Positions 18,403-27,818 of a stretch of 64,000 bases of DNA are shown piece after piece; within the stretch, counting starts at the first letter, position 1, and every line of letters begins with the position of its first letter. The position numbers and the translations under genes are program-made. The stretch is taken from NCBI GenBank assembly GCA_965230685.1, contig CBDDLO010000002.1:5133106-5197105 (forward strand). Direction: 5' to 3'. Source of the DNA: Bythopirellula sp. GTDB taxonomy: Bacteria > Planctomycetota > Planctomycetia > Pirellulales > Lacipirellulaceae. The notes under the pieces are model-generated. The model saw only the letters and a program-made list of their open reading frames with translations, made no database searches and had not been told where the DNA came from.

Positions 18403-20478
18403 CAAATCATCTACGGCATCGCCGGTGACGAAACCGTTCGTGACAAGCAAATCTTCCCAGCCATCGTTATTGATATCGGCAAAGAGCGACCCCCACGACC
18501 AACGTCCCTGGGTTACCCCGGCCTGTTCGCTGACATCGCGGAAGGTTCCGTCGCCTTGGTTCTCGAAGAGTGAGTTGCCTCGCGCCGTCCGTTGGTATTT
18601 CTCGCGCGCTTCGGAGGAAGAAGTGTCTCGAAATTGATCCTGAAAAGTGATACGATTCCCCGCCGCCGAGAACATGTTTCCCACATACATGTCCATCAAC
18701 CCGTCACGGTTGTAGTCTCCCCAGCTAACTGACATCCCGAAGGCGGCGTCGTCTAATCCTGCTGAGTTCGACACGCTGGTAAAGGTACCTCCGTCGTTTC
18801 GATACAACGAATTTCGTCCGAAATCGTTTGCAACATACAGGTCGAGATCGCCATCGTTGTCATAGTCTTCCCAGCTAGCCGCAAAGCTAAAGCGGTGGTT
18901 GTCCGCGTCGAATCCGACCTCGGCCGTCGCGTCGGTGAACTGCCACGGTCCCTCGCTGTCAGTTCCATCATTTCGCAAGAAAAAGTTCTCACCGCCATTG
19001 TTTGCGTCGTAAAAAGGATAGGGAACCGGGAACTCGCCTTTCTCGTGCCCCTCTTCGCGATGCCGACAGACATAGAGATCGAGATCTTTGTCGTTGTCGA
19101 AATCGGCGGCTGCAATCGAGTAGGCTGCTCTAATGGTTGGCAATTCGCTCCGCACGGTGAAGTGTCCTTTGCCGTTGTTCGAGAGAATCATCAGCTGATC
19201 ACTCACTGTCAGAACCAGATCCTGATCCCCATCGTTGTCGAGATCGACGAGCAATGCACCGTAGGTGTAGTTAATGAAATCGACGCCTGCCTCGGCGGCT
19301 ACGTCCTTAACCGTCCCATCAGGTTGCTGGATGAAAAGTGCGTTGGGTAGACCTCCAGGCTGGCTGAGATAGACATCTTCGCGTTCATCACCGTTGACAT
19401 CTCCCACGGCAAGTCCAATGTGGCCGTGGTATTGGATATTCAAATTACTGGGCAATCGTTCGCGCCAGTCACTGACGTTGTAAGCAAGTTGCTCGCGGTA
19501 ACGAGGGCTGTCTCCCAGAACCGCTTCCGTGCAGTCGGCAAACAAGGTGGGTTGTTCAATTCTTGCTGATGTCTGTTCAAAGTCGCTGACTTGGATGTGG
19601 GTCATCTGGACTCGATTGTCATCCAGAGTGCGCCAATGAAGCTCCCACGTAGAATTGATTTCCACCGGACCCGAAGGTGTCACCGCAAAGGCGTGGAAAT
19701 AAGCAGTGCTGCGGACCTTTCCTTCGTCGAGGTTGATACGGAACTGCTTAAATTTAACGGCGCGCTTCTCGGTCTCGCCAAGTTGTGAAAGCAGTTGGCC
19801 AACCGCATCGAGCAACCCTCCAGGTCCTCTGTAGATAGTCTGAGGCTGCTGAGCCGCATCTGCTGCAGTGCGGCGAACGTCCAGCACGCCGTCGGTGTAG
19901 ACCGAGACTCCATCGAGTTCATAAAGCGGTCCGCTCTGGAAATCGGCTGCCGCGATCTGTGAAATTTGCTCTGCAGTGGGTCCCATCGGCAGTTTCAAAA
20001 GTTTCGCCAACTGCTTCAGGCAAGCGTTGGTAGCCTCGCTGATGGATTCACTCTCCCAGCCATCTGCAGCCGGATCAAGCATCCGCTCATCCGCAGCCAA
20101 CATTTCTGAAGTTCGGCGAGTCGTCAACTCCTCGGTGAGGCTAACCTCCGTCAACGGAGCCTTCGCTGAATTCGCAGCAACTTTGCTTGGGCTCGCGGGT
20201 GCTTTTCTGGAGGAACCTAGCGAGCCGTCCTTCGCTTGGGGCGCGTTTGCGTTTCGACTCTCGTTCGCATCGGCAGCTAGAGTAGTGCCACTGCTTGCTG
20301 GACCACCAAGGTGGGGCTCTCGCTTGGCATCGCTATCGTTGTTGATCAGCTTTTGAACTAGCAGTGCACAAAGAACCAACCCAATTGCCAAGGTGCCAAT
20401 GAGGGCAAAGAGATTGTTACGCCCACCGGATGTTTGAGAACTTGGAGAATTCTGAGGACGGCGACTCATACACATCAC
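18400..20478 (-). CDS. Membrane-anchored FG-GAP/VCBS repeat protein (CRTAC1-like N-terminal part), ending at an in-frame TGA
   Basis: 692 aa with an N-terminal TM segment (LFALIGTLAIGLVLCALLV). Repeated Ca-binding FG-GAP motifs are present (DVNGDEREDVYL, DLDNDGDQDLVL, DFDNDKDLDLYV, DYDNDGDLDLYV, DYNRDGLMDMYV, DINNDGWEDLLV). Confidence 0.8.
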   Translation of the reverse strand: MMCMSRRPQNSPSSQTSGGRNNLFALIGTLAIGLVLCALLVQKLINNDSDAKREPHLGGPASSGTTLAADANESRNANAPQAKDGSLGSSRKAPASPSKVAANSAKAPLTEVSLTEELTTRRTSEMLAADERMLDPAADGWESESISEATNACLKQLAKLLKLPMGPTAEQISQIAAADFQSGPLYELDGVSVYTDGVLDVRRTAADAAQQPQTIYRGPGGLLDAVGQLLSQLGETEKRAVKFKQFRINLDEGKVRSTAYFHAFAVTPSGPVEINSTWELHWRTLDDNRVQMTHIQVSDFEQTSARIEQPTLFADCTEAVLGDSPRYREQLAYNVSDWRERLPSNLNIQYHGHIGLAVGDVNGDEREDVYLSQPGGLPNALFIQQPDGTVKDVAAEAGVDFINYTYGALLVDLDNDGDQDLVLTVSDQLMILSNNGKGHFTVRSELPTIRAAYSIAAADFDNDKDLDLYVCRHREEGHEKGEFPVPYPFYDANNGGENFFLRNDGTDSEGPWQFTDATAEVGFDADNHRFSFAASWEDYDNDGDLDLYVANDFGRNSLYRNDGGTFTSVSNSAGLDDAAFGMSVSWGDYNRDGLMDMYVGNMFSAAGNRITFQDQFRDTSSSEAREKYQRTARGNSLFENQGDGTFRDVSEQAGVTQGRWSWGSLFADINNDGWEDLLVTNGFVTGDAVDDL

Positions 20479-20590
20479 TTAAGGCTAGGCCTGCGAGGCA
20501 ACGGCTTTTCGGCGGAACGATCAGACCCTACAGTCGCGCTGCAAGTGATCAGGCAGACTATTATATCACGAATCGGAAAGGATCGAATAC

Positions 20591-21427
20591 CTACTCGCAA
20601 CTATCTAGTACGCCTAGTTCCGGAGGGTCGAAAACGAACCCGTCGCTTTGTCTGAAAAACTCGACGGGGTTGTCGTAGACAACGCGGCGGATAAGGTGTT
20701 CCGGGTGGCCGCGACGGCGCATTTCAAGGATAAAATCGGGGACTGCTGTTGGTTTCGATGGTCCCCAGTCGCCGGCGGAATTTACAAGCAGCCGCTCGGG
20801 GCCGTACATCTCGACCATGTCAACCGCTCGCGCTGGCGTGCACTTGCTCACAGGATAGAGCGTCATACCCGCCCAAAAACCAGCGTCTAGCACAGGCCCA
20901 ACGGTGTGTTCTTCGACATGATCGACTAGCACCCGGCTACGGTCAATGCGACTGTCATCGGTCAGCATGTCAAGAATCATCCGCGTGCCCTGGTGCTTGT
21001 CCTCGAGATGGGGCGTATGGATGAGAATTTGCTCGTCGGTACGCATGGCTAAGTCGAGATGCTCGAGAAACACGATCGACTCGTTGCGCGTGTTCTTATT
21101 CAACCCAATCTCGCCAATCCCCAGCACGCCAGGTCGATCGAGGAACTCGGGAATCATGGCAATCACTTCCCGCGAAAGGGCAACATTCTCTGCCTCCTTG
21201 GCATTGATGCACAGCCACGTGAAATGTTGGATTCCGTAGTCAGCGGCGCGCTGCATCTCGAAGCTAGTGAGCTGCTCGAAATAGTCGCGAAATCCCTCGA
21301 CACTGCCTCGATCGTATCCCGCCCAAAACGCGGGCTCGCTGACCGCGACGCACCCCATTTTGGCTAGTGTCTCGTAGTCGTCGGTGGTGCGCGAGACCAT
21401 GTGAATATGAGGGTCGATGTAGTACAT
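20591..21427 (-). CDS. TatD-related metal-dependent hydrolase (amidohydrolase fold)
   Basis: 278 aa. The N-terminal metal motif is YIDPHIHM, followed by GEIGLN, IHTPH and DH motifs spaced as in the TatD family. Confidence 0.65.
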   Translation of the reverse strand: MYYIDPHIHMVSRTTDDYETLAKMGCVAVSEPAFWAGYDRGSVEGFRDYFEQLTSFEMQRAADYGIQHFTWLCINAKEAENVALSREVIAMIPEFLDRPGVLGIGEIGLNKNTRNESIVFLEHLDLAMRTDEQILIHTPHLEDKHQGTRMILDMLTDDSRIDRSRVLVDHVEEHTVGPVLDAGFWAGMTLYPVSKCTPARAVDMVEMYGPERLLVNSAGDWGPSKPTAVPDFILEMRRRGHPEHLIRRVVYDNPVEFFRQSDGFVFDPPELGVLDSCE

Positions 21428-21496
21428 GTGGGAGAGTAGCTGTTGTGAAAAAGTGGCTAGTGAGCAGGCATGCTTGCTGCGATTGGCGTGGGGAGA

Positions 21497-21811
21497 CTAA
21501 CGTGGAATGTCGAATGTTTCTCGCCAAGAGCGGTCATACTCGCGGCTGAAGAGGAGTTGCACACGCTCGGCGCGGTCCTGAGTAGCTTCTTGCAGAATCG
21601 CAACCCCAGCTTGGATCTGATCCCAGCGAGGGTCGCTGCGTTCGGCCGTGTCTCGGCGTTGGATTCTGTCCAGAGCTGCGGCAATCTCCAAAATTTTCGC
21701 GCGGATCGGCAGGTACTCTCGGTCCAACTGCGTGGAAGGCGTCGCGGAAGTAGCCATGCGTTCTCGTCCTCCTGGGGGATCGTGTTGTACCGGTTCTTCC
21801 AGTTTCACCAA
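21497..21811 (-). CDS. Hypothetical small helical protein upstream of the TatD-like gene
   Basis: 104-aa ORF. An alternative Met at 21757 gives MATSATPSTQLDREYLPIRAKILEIAAALDRIQ. It competes with overlapping ORFs on both strands and no family is recognised. Confidence 0.35.
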   Translation of the reverse strand: MVKLEEPVQHDPPGGRERMATSATPSTQLDREYLPIRAKILEIAAALDRIQRRDTAERSDPRWDQIQAGVAILQEATQDRAERVQLLFSREYDRSWRETFDIPR

Positions 21812-21989
21812 CTGAACCTTTCAAATCAAGCGGCTATCGCGGCCTGTCAGTCTGCAACTCTATTCTGTGTGGCCAAATTCCGCGACTTTGCTGATTTCCG
21901 ACCTATGTTTTTAGGAGAAATCCATCCGCATTGGACTCGCATCCGCTCACCCTCTCGACTGCCACTCAATCCACTGGGGTTTTGTACCA

Positions 21990-23609
21990 TTGGCTACCGG
22001 ACTGCACACGACTCTGGAAACGCTGGCGTCCAGCAGCAACGACGCGGCCAATCCCGTGCTGCTTGCTGCGCTGGAGAGTCCGGAGACCGAGATTCTGGAT
22101 GGTGCTATTCGGAGTATTCTCGCACGTCGAAACAAAGCCGCACATTTAGAAGTTCTCAAGCGTTGGCACCAACTCTCCATTGAGCAACGTGAGCTACTGA
22201 CCGAGGGTAGTGGGCGACTGTCGGGAGCGCTTCGCGACGGGGTGCTGTCTGAAGATCCCCAGCTGTTCGACAACTCGTGTGAATTGGTCGAACAGTTCAA
22301 GGAATTCGATCTGATTCCGACCCTCATCACGCTTGCAGAGAACCAAAAACACGCAAATGCTGAGGCCGCGACAGAACTGGTCTTGCGACTGGTCATGCAA
22401 CTGAGCGAAATGGTTCACGCCCCGCGTGACTACCAGTATCGCCGTGATCCTCAGACAATCCGGCGCAATGTGTTGATAAGTCTTGAACGCAGCTTGGAGC
22501 GATTCAGAACACATAATCGGACGGAACTGATCGAGGCGTTTGTTATACTGGCTGGTCCGCAGAGCAGTGTTATGCGCGAGATTCTTGACGACCCGCGTCA
22601 CGCTTGCTATCCGACCGTGATCCACGCACTGACCCAAAGCCACAGCGCAGGAGTCATGGAGCTTCTGTTGCGAACTTTGAGCAGTGAGTACGCCTCGCAG
22701 AACCTCTTAAACGTGATCGGCAAACGCGACGACCCGGAGTTCGTTTGCCAACTGTTGAACTTAGCGAGCCAAGACCTTTCGCCGGCAGTTGCCAAGAATA
22801 TTGCGAAGATTAGTTCCTTCGCCTGGTTGGAGGCGGGCGAGCGGGGCTACAACAATTTCAACGAGCATGCCCAAACACTTTGCATCAAGCTTGTGGCCGC
22901 TTCGGGGGTGAAGCCGAATGATTTCTTGGACTTGCTGGAAAATGTGCTTTCTCAAGGGGCACCCACCGCTCGCTGGGCCGCGTGCGACGCTTTGGCAGCT
23001 ATTCCGGGGGACCGTGGCAACCACTTGGTTCTTGATGCTGTTAAAGATGAGGACCCGCGAGTGCAAGCTTCTGCCACTCGCCAATTGCGTGATCGCCATA
23101 TACCGGGGGCGATGGGCATCTTGCTGAAGCAGATTGACAGCCCCCACGAGTCAGTCCGTCAAGCCAGTCGCGAAGCGCTTACCGAGTTCTCGTTCAGTAA
23201 TTTCGTGGCTGGGTTCGATACGCTCAACGAAGAAGCCCGCCGCACCTCAGGATCGTTGGTGAAGAAGGTCGACCCTCAGTCGGCAATACAACTCTTGGAC
23301 GAGATGGAATCCCCATCACGCAAACGTCGTTACCGGGCTGTGGAAGTCGCTGTGGCGATGGACCTGGTCCCAGCCGTTGTGGATGGCTTGCTCCTACTGC
23401 TGGAGGACGACGACCACATGGTACGGGCCTCCGCGGCCGATGCCTTGCAGCACTGTCCCACCGGCGAAGTACAAACTGCATTGCGCGCGGCTGCCGGAGA
23501 CCGCAGCGGAGCTGTCCAAAGCGCAGCCAAAAGTAGCTTGGCTGTGTTCGATGAACTCGCACTGCAGCTCACCGAGGGAACGGCTACCACCGCGAGGGGA
23601 CAGCAATGA
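21990..23609 (+). CDS. HEAT-repeat protein
   Basis: 539 aa and all-helical. It contains recurring HEAT/PBS-lyase-like units (DEDPRVQASATRQL, SPHESVRQASREAL, DDDHMVRASAADAL, DRSGAVQSAAKSSL). Confidence 0.65.
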   Translation: MATGLHTTLETLASSSNDAANPVLLAALESPETEILDGAIRSILARRNKAAHLEVLKRWHQLSIEQRELLTEGSGRLSGALRDGVLSEDPQLFDNSCELVEQFKEFDLIPTLITLAENQKHANAEAATELVLRLVMQLSEMVHAPRDYQYRRDPQTIRRNVLISLERSLERFRTHNRTELIEAFVILAGPQSSVMREILDDPRHACYPTVIHALTQSHSAGVMELLLRTLSSEYASQNLLNVIGKRDDPEFVCQLLNLASQDLSPAVAKNIAKISSFAWLEAGERGYNNFNEHAQTLCIKLVAASGVKPNDFLDLLENVLSQGAPTARWAACDALAAIPGDRGNHLVLDAVKDEDPRVQASATRQLRDRHIPGAMGILLKQIDSPHESVRQASREALTEFSFSNFVAGFDTLNEEARRTSGSLVKKVDPQSAIQLLDEMESPSRKRRYRAVEVAVAMDLVPAVVDGLLLLLEDDDHMVRASAADALQHCPTGEVQTALRAAAGDRSGAVQSAAKSSLAVFDELALQLTEGTATTARGQQ

Positions 23610-24016
23610 TGATGTCACTGCCACTACATGGCCTCTTCGCCCAAGTCTCCAAGTGGGAGCGGCTTGGAGATGGACTACATCGAAACCGAGGACAGATCGA
23701 CTGGATTGATTTCTTGCCCTTGGCGATCGTAGTTGCCGTCGTTGTCATTGCCTTTACCGCCCTGGCAAAACTTCGGCAGCGCAATGACATGACCACGCCA
23801 TGCTACGACAGCAACAAGCTTTTTCGTGAGGTGTGCTTGGCTCACAGTCTGGACCGGGGAAGCCGAAAGTTACTTTGGCGATTGGCTCAGGCAGCACAGT
23901 TGGCCCAACCGGCGGAAGTCTTCCTGCGACCCTCGCTGTTTCAACCGGGGCGAATTCCCTCGGAGCTTACGAACTCTGCTGGCGATCTCGAAGCCTTGCG
24001 GACGCGTTTATTCTAA
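23606..24016 (+). CDS. Hypothetical single-pass membrane protein, translationally coupled to the HEAT-repeat gene
   Basis: 136-aa ORF with an ATGA start/stop overlap. It has a TM segment IDFLPLAIVVAVVVIAFTALA. Confidence 0.45.
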   Translation: MMMSLPLHGLFAQVSKWERLGDGLHRNRGQIDWIDFLPLAIVVAVVVIAFTALAKLRQRNDMTTPCYDSNKLFREVCLAHSLDRGSRKLLWRLAQAAQLAQPAEVFLRPSLFQPGRIPSELTNSAGDLEALRTRLF

Positions 24017-24119
24017 ATCGAGTCCGTTCATTCTCCCATCAAACGCGGGCTAGCGGTTTCCACTTGTGGTTTTGTCTTCAGGCAGATTCGAGGACGAGTC
24101 AGCTCGCTGGGGAATCGCG

Positions 24120-27100
24120 TCACGCTTCTTGCATTTTCGTGCTTCCGTCGGGCTTGCCGCGAAACCAATCCATGGGAAGGCAACCCAGCAGCATGACCAG
24201 CAATTGGCTGGCTACAAACACGCAGAGCCAGTAAGTCATGCCCTTACGAAAGCCGTAGGCGTGCAGGCCCTCGCCCATTTGGTTCACTCCAAACCAGGAC
24301 CATGCCGTCACGATATTGCCAAAGATTGCGAGGACTGCCATCCCGCGCTGGCGGATCATGGCTCCCCAGCGCGCGTGGAGTACCAAGGCGTTCCAAATCA
24401 CGATCATCAATGCGCCGTTTTCCTTAGGATCCCAACCCCAGAAGCGGCCCCAGGAATCGTCTGCCCAGAGTCCACCAAGCACCGTGCCAACGAAGCTAAA
24501 GAATGTGGCGAAGCAGAGTGTGCCGTAAATCATGCGTACCAGGTGGCGGCGTTGCTCGCTGTCTCGATTGCTACCGAGCCCATTGCCGACATGTGCCATG
24601 AGCACATAAACCAACCCCAGTGTTCCCGCCAGTAAGGTCGTCGAGTAGCCAAGTGTGATGCAAACCACGTGCGTAGCTAGCCAAAACTGGGTGTCGAGCA
24701 CCGCTTGGAGGACTTGGAACGTGTCCCCATCACCGGCCAGGTTGTAGGCGATGAACAACGTGGGAAAGCCAATCACCGCGGCCAACAGATTCCCTATGCC
24801 GAAGCGGTAGATTCGCTCGAACACTAACGCAAACAGCACAGCTGCCCAACCAATGAACACCGCTGAGGAATAGAGGTTTGTCACCGGTGGCCGGCCAGAA
24901 ATGTACACTCGGCAAACTAACGCGTAGGTATGCAAGATAAAGGTGAACCACAACAACCAATGGGCAGCTCGATTGAATGTCGTATGCCAGCCCAACCAGG
25001 AGCAGCCCGCAAGTACGAATGCCACAAGATAGAGCGCCATGGCTTTCGTGAACGGATTGAAGTGGTTGAAAAAAGCTTCGAATTGCACACGGCCGACTCG
25101 CAGCGTCTCCGCTGCTTTGCGTTGCAAGCCCGGGCCTGCACTGGCCAGCTCGGAATCGTATTCGGCATCGGCAGCCGCACGTTCTGCAACTATTTTTTCG
25201 TAGTCAGCAATTTCGGCATTGAACTTTTGCACGTCTTTCGCTGCGTAGGCATCAAGAATCGTGCGTAAGGCTATGGTTGCGGTGTTGACTTCTTTTTTTT
25301 GCACCTGCTGAAAAATCGCGTCGCGCTCGGCTTCCAGTATTGTCTGCCAGGGCGACCCAGCTTCGGTGGGCGGCACAGGGCGTGGGGCCGAGCTATTGAG
25401 ATGCTCAATCTGGCGGTTGACGACTTGGAAGTCCGCAATAAGCGCCTCTCTAGAATCCGTACGCACCGCCGGCGAGGAGAACGATTCTTGCAAGGTGTTG
25501 ATCAACACAACCTTGCGGGCTAAATCCATAAATTTCTTCTGTGGCAAAGTCCGTTTTTCGTCGGGCAGCTCTCGAGCTAGTTTGAACTGCCGCATATACT
25601 CCTCACCGCTCTCCTTGAGTTCCGCGAGGCTGTAGCGAAACCCGTCGCGCGGTTGCAGGTCGAGCGTTTGCAATACATCCAGGTTTTCGATCCGAAGGAT
25701 GCGATCATTCAGTGAGCCTTTCGACTCGGTGATGATGCCTAGAAGCCATTCGACGGCGGACTTCCCCTCCAAGCTTCCTTTGCCCGAGAGTACAGTCAGG
25801 GCGTTGCGTGCAAGGGTGTCAAACGGTTTGACACGCCCATTGTATGCTACCGGCAACTCGCCAAACTGGTGCACTTGCATTTCCGTAGCCGGCAACTTCG
25901 GCACACGCGCCCCGCCAAACACATAGCCAGCGAAGATCGCAAGAATCACCGCAGGCACCCAAACCGAGGGTGACTTCCAATTAGCAAGCAGCTCGCCAGC
26001 GCTCGTGCCTGTGGCTGCATCTGCGGGGACGGACTCACGAGCGGCGAACCGCAAAAACGTGCTACCAAATTGGTAGAACATGCCCATTCCCACCAGCATG
26101 CAGCTGACATAGGGGATCATCCAACCCGAGTTGGTCATCACCTGCAGCGTTGTGAGGTTAGGATTGTCGCGATCGAAACTAGCCTGGTACAGCGTGTCGC
26201 CTCGGTAGCGTAGCGGATTGTTCATCCAAATTTTGACTGTGCGATCCACATTCTGCTCGGAATCCAAGATTTGCACTTCTGAGGAAAAATTCTTCGGCGT
26301 CTCCGTGCCTGTGTAGACATCGTGGCGAAAGTCGATCAGCTTCACGGCATACGGCTTTTGCAACCGTTGGAATCGCAATGCAAGCTCGTAGGGCTGCCCT
26401 TCAATGCGGAGTGGTTCGCCCGAGGAGAACGGCGAGAGCAGGTAGCTTCCAAGGGAATCGGCGCTCTTCTTGTCGAGTAATTCGACGGTGAGCGCGGGGA
26501 GGTCGACACCCTGGTTCTGGCCGACGCCGACGTTGATTGCTTTCGATTCTGCGACTCGCAACGCGCCGGCGCCATGAGTGGCCAGCGTTTTCTCACCTGG
26601 CTGCGCAAAACGGACCTCGGCGTTTTGGTGATACTCGACCACTCGCAAGTCGAAGGGCAGGGAGTCGTGGCGAAAGAGTTCGCCGCTCTCCGCTGATTCG
26701 GAAAGCAGCTCGACTGGCACGACCGCGACTTGATCCTGCTCTGGATCCGATTTCTCGATGATGGCCAGCTCGACACTGCGAATGTCTTCCGAGTAGGTCT
26801 TTGTCTGCCCCTCGACGATTCGCATTTGCGATTCCTTCGCTTGCAGACCCGTCCACAATTCACTGAACATCAACAACGCAATTCCGCCATGCAGCAGCAC
26901 GATGCCCGCGCGCCGGCCAAACGTCCAATAGCATCCGGCCAGTAGTACAATCGCCGCGGCAAGGCCTTTGATGAGTTGCCACATGATTCGCAACCCCGAG
27001 TCGTCGAGCCGTAGTTCCGGGTGCGTGAATAGCCACAGCGCTAGTGCGGTCAGCGCCGCGCAAAACGCTGCACCCAGCCACCAAAGCCAATCCGTGCCAG

Positions 27101-27689
27101 ACCGTGTGAGTCGCCCATAGTTGATCGCCAACACATACCCCAAGCCCAACGTGCTCGCGCCGAGCGCAAACCGCAGTGCATGCCAAAGCCCATTGCAAAA
27201 CTGGGGCGAGAGTTCGCTTTCCACCGTATCGTCTAAGCCGCTTTGAATCACGAGCCACGTCAGCGCGATACCCGCGCCAAGCAATCCCAGCCCCACCCAA
27301 AGCGATTGACCGTTCGCAGTGATTTTGAATCGTAGTGTGTGCGCCGCGAGCAAGTTCGCACCTAATGCCGCTCCCAGCAGCCAACCGCCAGGGAACCATG
27401 TCCCGCCAGTCAAATTCCATGCCCGGGGAAAGAACACTTGAAAATCGATCCACGCGAACCACGTGCGAAAGTAGCTATGAACCACAAACCAAATGTCGTG
27501 ATCAATCTGCGCGAGCGTTCCGGCTAGGACCAGAATTATCGACAACGCAAACAGCACAACGGTGAGTCGCAGCGAAGCCAAGGGGAGCAGTAGGGTGCGA
27601 ATTGCAGTCCAGCTGCCAACGTTGGAGAGTTCGTGAACACGGTCGCCCAGACTGTCCTGCGAAAATTTACCTGCGTCGGTAGTGGACAT
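24120..27689 (-). CDS. ccsBA: Fused system II cytochrome c synthase CcsBA (ResB/Ccs1-like N-terminal part + CcsA C-terminal part)
   Basis: 1189 aa. The C-terminus has the tryptophan-rich WWD motif WGRFWGWDPKENGALMIVIWNALVLHARW plus multiple TM segments. The N-terminal part has TM segments flanking a large soluble loop, as in ResB. Confidence 0.8.
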   Translation of the reverse strand: MSTTDAGKFSQDSLGDRVHELSNVGSWTAIRTLLLPLASLRLTVVLFALSIILVLAGTLAQIDHDIWFVVHSYFRTWFAWIDFQVFFPRAWNLTGGTWFPGGWLLGAALGANLLAAHTLRFKITANGQSLWVGLGLLGAGIALTWLVIQSGLDDTVESELSPQFCNGLWHALRFALGASTLGLGYVLAINYGRLTRSGTDWLWWLGAAFCAALTALALWLFTHPELRLDDSGLRIMWQLIKGLAAAIVLLAGCYWTFGRRAGIVLLHGGIALLMFSELWTGLQAKESQMRIVEGQTKTYSEDIRSVELAIIEKSDPEQDQVAVVPVELLSESAESGELFRHDSLPFDLRVVEYHQNAEVRFAQPGEKTLATHGAGALRVAESKAINVGVGQNQGVDLPALTVELLDKKSADSLGSYLLSPFSSGEPLRIEGQPYELALRFQRLQKPYAVKLIDFRHDVYTGTETPKNFSSEVQILDSEQNVDRTVKIWMNNPLRYRGDTLYQASFDRDNPNLTTLQVMTNSGWMIPYVSCMLVGMGMFYQFGSTFLRFAARESVPADAATGTSAGELLANWKSPSVWVPAVILAIFAGYVFGGARVPKLPATEMQVHQFGELPVAYNGRVKPFDTLARNALTVLSGKGSLEGKSAVEWLLGIITESKGSLNDRILRIENLDVLQTLDLQPRDGFRYSLAELKESGEEYMRQFKLARELPDEKRTLPQKKFMDLARKVVLINTLQESFSSPAVRTDSREALIADFQVVNRQIEHLNSSAPRPVPPTEAGSPWQTILEAERDAIFQQVQKKEVNTATIALRTILDAYAAKDVQKFNAEIADYEKIVAERAAADAEYDSELASAGPGLQRKAAETLRVGRVQFEAFFNHFNPFTKAMALYLVAFVLAGCSWLGWHTTFNRAAHWLLWFTFILHTYALVCRVYISGRPPVTNLYSSAVFIGWAAVLFALVFERIYRFGIGNLLAAVIGFPTLFIAYNLAGDGDTFQVLQAVLDTQFWLATHVVCITLGYSTTLLAGTLGLVYVLMAHVGNGLGSNRDSEQRRHLVRMIYGTLCFATFFSFVGTVLGGLWADDSWGRFWGWDPKENGALMIVIWNALVLHARWGAMIRQRGMAVLAIFGNIVTAWSWFGVNQMGEGLHAYGFRKGMTYWLCVFVASQLLVMLLGCLPMDWFRGKPDGSTKMQEA

Positions 27690-27818
27690 CGTTGTGAGGT
27701 GGGTTGAAAGGGTGGGACGCGGGCACCGTGATGCCCAGCGCGAGTTGGCGGTCTCCTTGCATCATACCGCCTTGGCCAGCAAAAAGTAACGCCACCCCAG
27801 CACTAAGGAAACCCGACC

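Noticed and set aside
21470-22183. 237-aa + strand ORF overlapping the small minus-strand ORF and the start of the HEAT-repeat gene
   Set aside because: It is out of frame with the HEAT-repeat gene. The translation is Arg/Ser/Cys-rich and shows no structure, so it is probably non-coding.
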